A stretch of 63,212 nucleotides of DNA from a virus (taxonomy: Duplodnaviria; Caudoviricetes): positions 1 through 63,212 of IMG/VR virus record IMGVR_UViG_3300044638_007250, one strand, 5' to 3'. Shown here one piece after another: positions 58,937-63,212 of this stretch. Position numbers and translations under genes: made by a program. Below the pieces are notes generated by a model, which saw only the letters and a list, made by a program, of their open reading frames with translations, was not told the origin of the DNA and did no database searches. The stretch's first letter is position 1. Every line of letters starts with the position of its first letter.

Positions 58937-60201
58937 TAACTAACGTGATTGTGGGTTAATCTACCTGTGATTCTATCACACCATCCTTTTGATTCTGAGT
59001 GAGGCCATACAACCCAATAAGATGGCATCTCATCAGTTTGGAACTCTCTCCACACTTTACAGTATTTGTCAGGGTCTCTCATGAAACCAGCAATTTCATT
59101 CTTGTCAGCATCTTTTCTAAATAAAGTCTCATCTTTATCGTTGTGGAATGCAACAACCCAAAAATCATAATCAGTTTCAGGAACTTGAGAATATCCAATA
59201 TCAATACAGTGTTTGAACATCATACAGAAACTATCTTTCCATTCTTGTTCTGTTTCAAAATTGTATGGGTTTGGTGGGTAATTTTTATCTAATGTATGTT
59301 TGTCAATTGCTCGTTTTGAAAAAAGAATACCCGCATATTTTTCATAATCTGTTAACGTTCTAACTTGACCAAATCCATAAGGACCATCATGACCTTCTTG
59401 AGTTTCTCCATCCATACCAAATAGTTTTCTATTTGTTAAGTGTGAGTGAGTATTTCGTTGACCCCAAGTCTTGTCATCATCCCACTGTTTTGTTCTACCT
59501 TTACGAGTGTACTCATGGTAAACAACAGGAATGTGTGGGTGGAATAAATCGTAACCCCAAGTGTAAGCTCTTGCAGCAATCGAAATCTCTTCACCGTGGA
59601 AATAATATTCAGGGTTGTGTTGAACTTCAGTTGAGAATTGTCCTAATGTAAAACAGAAGTGAGCCGAGTAAAATCTTGCAGTTACAGGTTTTGTCATTTC
59701 CCTCCAACCTGGAATTGTTTCAGGTAAGAAGAAAACCGCACCTTCAGGAATAAAACGGTCAAACACCATTCTCCAAGCATCTTGAGCTCGTCCTGCAGGG
59801 TCATTGTCGGGGTCAAAAGAAGGAACGTAGCCCGTAAGTAGAGGCTTCTTATACCCGTCCTTCTGTAACCCCTTTATCATTTTGATAAGGATATCATCCC
59901 AATCCTTAACAAATCTCATGTGAGAATCAATTTGTAATGTGTATGTTTCACCTTTGTAAAGTTGTTGTACTTGGTGTCTTGCCCAACACACACCTTTAGC
60001 ATCTTGATAAGGAATATCTAAGATTCTAAATCTTTTGTCTTTTCTATACTCATCTAAGTTATCAAACCCATCTTCATCACTATATTGTCTTGCAATACCG
60101 ATAACAAGGTTATTTGGTTTCTTGGCATTGGCCAACATGTCTTTAATTGTTGGGACCAACTGAGGGTCTCTGTACGATGCAATCTGAACGAATATTTTCA
60201 T
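58936..60201 (-). CDS. Glycosyltransferase family 60 (Gnt1/OGNT-like polypeptide GlcNAc transferase)
   Basis: 421 aa; IFVQIASYRDP, AKGVCWAR, LQIDSHMRF..DWD, FHGEE...AARAYTWGYD, YHEY. Confidence 0.85.
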   Translation of the reverse strand: MKIFVQIASYRDPQLVPTIKDMLANAKKPNNLVIGIARQYSDEDGFDNLDEYRKDKRFRILDIPYQDAKGVCWARHQVQQLYKGETYTLQIDSHMRFVKDWDDILIKMIKGLQKDGYKKPLLTGYVPSFDPDNDPAGRAQDAWRMVFDRFIPEGAVFFLPETIPGWREMTKPVTARFYSAHFCFTLGQFSTEVQHNPEYYFHGEEISIAARAYTWGYDLFHPHIPVVYHEYTRKGRTKQWDDDKTWGQRNTHSHLTNRKLFGMDGETQEGHDGPYGFGQVRTLTDYEKYAGILFSKRAIDKHTLDKNYPPNPYNFETEQEWKDSFCMMFKHCIDIGYSQVPETDYDFWVVAFHNDKDETLFRKDADKNEIAGFMRDPDKYCKVWREFQTDEMPSYWVVWPHSESKGWCDRITGRLTHNHVS

Positions 60202-60225
60202 GTAATACTATTTTATACATAAAAA

Positions 60226-60257
60226 TAAAAAACCCTCCACGAAGGTGAAGGGTTTTT
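60226..60257 (-). terminator. Hairpin terminator after mucin-like gene
   Basis: AAAAACCCTCCAC-GAAG-GTGAAGGGTTTTT near-perfect inverted repeat with T tract. Confidence 0.6.
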
Positions 60258-60278
60258 AAGTATATTAATTTTGTTTTT

Positions 60279-61838
60279 TTAACATCCGTTAGGGTCACCA
60301 CTTGTGATTAAACCTGAACCACCAGTTACTAAGTACCAACCTGTATTGTCAGAATAATATCCATCAGACGCTGGTGTTGTTAATGAGGTGTCTGTATAGA
60401 TAGTATCACCAACGTTTAGAGGGTTAAGAGATGGTGATAAGTAATAGTCGATTGGTGATGGGTCAGAACAAGCATTTGCTGAAGACGACAAATCATAACC
60501 TAAATTATAAGTATAATAACCAATTGTAGGTGTTGGTGATGGAGTATTTGTCGTTGTAGGTGTAGGAGTTTCAGAACTTGTCGGTGTTGGGGTTAACGTT
60601 GGTAGTCCCGAACAAAGTGAAACAATTCCCGTAGTACCCGTAGAATCAACCTCAATAACCAATCCTCCATTAGCATAATACCCTGTCATATCAATGGTTA
60701 CAGGTCCTGTTGGATTATTAAAGAATTGAGCGTTATTGTCAAACACTGGGTCTTCACCATAAATTTCACCAAAGTCACCAAAGTCACATGCGATGTTTGC
60801 TGTATTACCTGATGTTATCATGAATGAATTTCTATTTTGTGTTGGGGTTACAGTAGGTGTTGGGGTATTAGTTGGTGTTTCAGTATTTGTTGGAGTGTTT
60901 GTAGGTGTTTCACTTGGCGTATTAGTTGGTGTTTCAGTATTAGTTGGTGTTGGTGTTTCAGTGTTAGTTGGTGTAACTGATGCGGTGTTTGTTGGAGTTG
61001 ATGTATTAGTTGGTGTAACTGATGCGGTGTTTGTTGGAGTTAAAGTATTTGTCGGAGTTGCAGTTGGTGTAGGTAAAGGACATCCACCTAAAAATGTTAC
61101 ACTACCGTCTCCGTCCGCGACTATTATGTTTCTACCACATAACATTAAAGTGTCGAACACGTCTAAGAAAAAGTCAATTGGGAACCCATTACAATCAGTA
61201 CCAACAAAAGAGGTTTGATTAATAGTACCACCAAACAATAAGTAAGTCTTACAAAGTGAATTACTTGGTGTAATTGTTTGAGTTGGTGTTACGGTTGGTG
61301 TTGTGGTTGATGTTGTCGTAACAGAAGGCGTAACACTTGGAGTTGAAGTAACCGATGGAGTTACCGTTGGTGTTTCAGTTTGTGAAGGACTAATACTTGG
61401 TGTAACTGTGTTAGTTGGTGTAATACTTGGAGTAACCGATGGAGTTGGTGTATTACTTGCAGTGGCTGTTGGAGTTAGCCCGATTGTAACCGATGGAGTT
61501 GGTGTAGAAGTGTTTGTTGGTGTAACTGTTGGTGTTTCAGTCGTTGTTGGAGTTGGTGTTTCAGTTGATGTTGGTGATGGACTTAACCCTGGCGTATTTG
61601 TCGGGGTTGAAGTCATTGTAGGTGTCGGACTTGGTGTCGGACCTGGTACATTTAATGAATATGTATATCCATAAAGTGGCACATAACAATTGTAGGTACC
61701 ATAATAGTAGTCAGAAATATAATTAAATGGGAATATTTGAGAGCCTAAGTCAATCGTACCTCCCGTGTCAGGTAAATACGTGACATTTGCGGTTTGACCA
61801 CTTAAATCATCACTTAAAATTCTTACTCCTATTGCCAT
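60279..61838 (-). CDS. Mucin-like Thr/Pro-rich modular protein
   Basis: 519 aa; three long TPTPT/TPTNT tracts separated by small Cys-containing domains. Confidence 0.8.
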   Translation of the reverse strand: MAIGVRILSDDLSGQTANVTYLPDTGGTIDLGSQIFPFNYISDYYYGTYNCYVPLYGYTYSLNVPGPTPSPTPTMTSTPTNTPGLSPSPTSTETPTPTTTETPTVTPTNTSTPTPSVTIGLTPTATASNTPTPSVTPSITPTNTVTPSISPSQTETPTVTPSVTSTPSVTPSVTTTSTTTPTVTPTQTITPSNSLCKTYLLFGGTINQTSFVGTDCNGFPIDFFLDVFDTLMLCGRNIIVADGDGSVTFLGGCPLPTPTATPTNTLTPTNTASVTPTNTSTPTNTASVTPTNTETPTPTNTETPTNTPSETPTNTPTNTETPTNTPTPTVTPTQNRNSFMITSGNTANIACDFGDFGEIYGEDPVFDNNAQFFNNPTGPVTIDMTGYYANGGLVIEVDSTGTTGIVSLCSGLPTLTPTPTSSETPTPTTTNTPSPTPTIGYYTYNLGYDLSSSANACSDPSPIDYYLSPSLNPLNVGDTIYTDTSLTTPASDGYYSDNTGWYLVTGGSGLITSGDPNGC

Positions 61839-61885
61839 GTCTATAAATACTTATTTTTTTCTATTTTAAACAAATAAAATTATTT

Positions 61886-62440
61886 TTAACCACATATACC
61901 TTTGTTTAATATCAAGGTACCTGACATTTGTATAAATGTTGCACCATCTGAAATTGTCCCAATATTCCCTTGAGGGGGAATTGTTAATGATATATTACCA
62001 TAAACATTGTCTCCAGATTCTAATTCGCTAAATGGTATTAAAGTATAAATTGTTATATTTGCGGGGTCTCCAAAATTGATAGACTCACACACATCTTCAT
62101 AGAATCCGCCACTCCACAAATTATATGTGTAAATAATTACAGGAGTTCTTGTTGGTGTTGGTGTAAATGATGGTGTTGGAGTTACAGTTGGAGTTACCGA
62201 TGTTTGAGTTGGTGTTGGTGTGAATGATGGTGTTGGAGTTATTGATGGACATAAACCTATCACTACAACGTCTAATGGTGCGGCATAATCCTCAACATAT
62301 AAATCTTTAGCACATACGTAACTTGTTTGTAGGGGTTCAACAGGGGTGACACTAATAATGTCGGTACACCCTGTCCATCTATAATATCCTGTTTGAACAT
62401 TATTATAGTTGGTTACCCTAAAATAATTACAATTTGACAT
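61886..62440 (-). CDS. Mucin-like Thr/Pro-rich protein
   Basis: 184 aa; 4-Cys module + TPTPSFTPTPT tract + C-terminal module similar to that of the neighbour. Confidence 0.8.
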   Translation of the reverse strand: MSNCNYFRVTNYNNVQTGYYRWTGCTDIISVTPVEPLQTSYVCAKDLYVEDYAAPLDVVVIGLCPSITPTPSFTPTPTQTSVTPTVTPTPSFTPTPTRTPVIIYTYNLWSGGFYEDVCESINFGDPANITIYTLIPFSELESGDNVYGNISLTIPPQGNIGTISDGATFIQMSGTLILNKGICG

Positions 62441-62448
62441 ATTTGTTT

Positions 62449-63212
62449 TTATACTTGGGTAATCGTAACAATAACCGATGGAATTGCAGGTCGTGTTGGA
62501 TTTATTTGTGCGGCATCGTATGCAAATCCTAATCTTATATCACTAACATTAAATTTTAATTCCATATAATCACCAGCGTTTAGTGGTTCAACAAAATTCC
62601 AAGCAGCCACACTCCTTCCGTTGTTGGAATTTCCAACAACTTGAGTATTTGAGTTATCAACATTATTACCATTTATAGCCAACCATATATCCATAATTTG
62701 GGCGCTACCTCCCCCTGTTGATTCTATCTGACAAGAAAATTGTAAATTGTATGTACCCGCACTGGCAACAACAAATCTTGTATCTGCGGAAACGATAACA
62801 CCATTACCCGAAGTTTGTGTTGCAGCACTCATTGAATACGCAGTTGTGGTACTTGTCACATATTGACTAACGGTAGAAATGAATGAACCCCAAGCTCCGT
62901 TTACAAATGGTTGAGAAATACCTGATGTTCCGCTAGTTCCTGAAGAACCACTTGAACCTGAAGTTCCGTCTGTTCCGCTAGTTCCTGAAGAACCACTTGA
63001 ACCTGAAGTTCCGTCTGTTCCGCTAGTTCCTGAAGAACCGCTTGAACCTGAAGTTCCGTCTGTTCCGCTAGTTCCTGAAGAACCGCTTGAACCTGAAGTT
63101 CCGTCTGTTCCGCTAGTTCCTGAAGAACCACTTGAACCTGAAGTTCCGTCTGTTCCGCTAGTTCCTGAAGAACCGCTTGAACCTGAAGTTCCGTCTGTTC
63201 CGCTAGTTCCTG
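62449..63212 (-). CDS. Collagen-like (G-X-Y, Ser/Thr-rich) fibre protein with C1q/BclA-like C-terminal domain (5' end outside window)
   Basis: The frame of the 136-aa ORF stays open to the window end, reading (GTSGTDGTSGSSGSS)n then GISQPFVNGAWGSF...FVVASAGTYNLQFS...LNAGDYMEL. Confidence 0.8.
   Translation of the reverse strand, partial: GTSGTDGTSGSSGSSGTSGTDGTSGSSGSSGTSGTDGTSGSSGSSGTSGTDGTSGSSGSSGTSGTDGTSGSSGSSGTSGTDGTSGSSGSSGTSGTSGISQPFVNGAWGSFISTVSQYVTSTTTAYSMSAATQTSGNGVIVSADTRFVVASAGTYNLQFSCQIESTGGGSAQIMDIWLAINGNNVDNSNTQVVGNSNNGRSVAAWNFVEPLNAGDYMELKFNVSDIRLGFAYDAAQINPTRPAIPSVIVTITQV
62926..63212. repeat. 45-bp coding tandem repeat, 6 full copies plus a partial one
   Basis: Unit TGTTCCGCTAGTTCCTGAAGAACC(A/G)CTTGAACCTGAAGTTCCGTC at 62926, 62971, 63016, 63061, 63106, 63151, 63196. 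Confidence 0.95.

Noticed and set aside
55662-60201. Glycosyltransferases as DNA base-modifying enzymes
   Set aside because: Families are GT-A protein/LPS-type rather than T4-like DNA glucosyltransferases, and no hydroxymethylase gene is in this window; not fully excluded
60793-61674. Val/Gly-rich plus-strand ORFs
   Set aside because: Antisense shadows of the Thr/Pro codon tracts
62901-63131. 76-aa ORF (QELAEQTELQVQAVL)n
   Set aside because: Alternative frame of the collagen-like repeat; the G-X-Y frame is continuous with the C1q-like domain
62926-63212. Possible CRISPR array
   Set aside because: Head-to-tail 45-bp units with no unique spacers; in-frame G-X-Y coding repeat
1-63212. Alternative genetic code
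   Set aside because: Genes up to 7.4 kb are uninterrupted under the standard bacterial code and coding density is high

Overview
AT-rich, densely coding segment of a large (jumbo-type) contractile-tailed dsDNA phage. Almost all genes lie on the minus strand, with a short plus-strand block at about 45.5 kb and 47.7-52.5 kb. It carries a T4-like neck/tail/baseplate module (gp13/14/15-like neck, sheath, tube, assembly chaperone, tape measure, LysM/gp53-like protein, giant hub, gp25, gp6). This module is interrupted by a replication module (SSB, RecA/UvsX, 5'-3' exonuclease, DnaB-like helicase, class Ia NrdAB). A SNF2 helicase, a family B DNA polymerase and an Mn-type SOD fusion are also present. 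The most striking feature is at the right end: four glycosyltransferase-like genes (GT60, GT25, two HtrL/WlaTC-like, one of them fused to a GT-A domain) directly downstream of two Thr/Pro mucin-like proteins and a Ser/Thr-rich collagen-like fibre with a C1q-like head. This suggests a phage-encoded mucin-type O-glycosylation (virion glycocoat) system. Other points: a candidate +1 frameshift in the tail chaperone gene, an OmpA-like domain in a tail protein, a recurrent TATTTAT upstream motif, and (I/L)xE candidate protease sites. Lack of Shine-Dalgarno motifs and an SprB-like repeat hint at a Bacteroidota host (inference). No tRNA, rRNA or CRISPR array was seen. All calls come from motif recognition by eye; no database searches were run.
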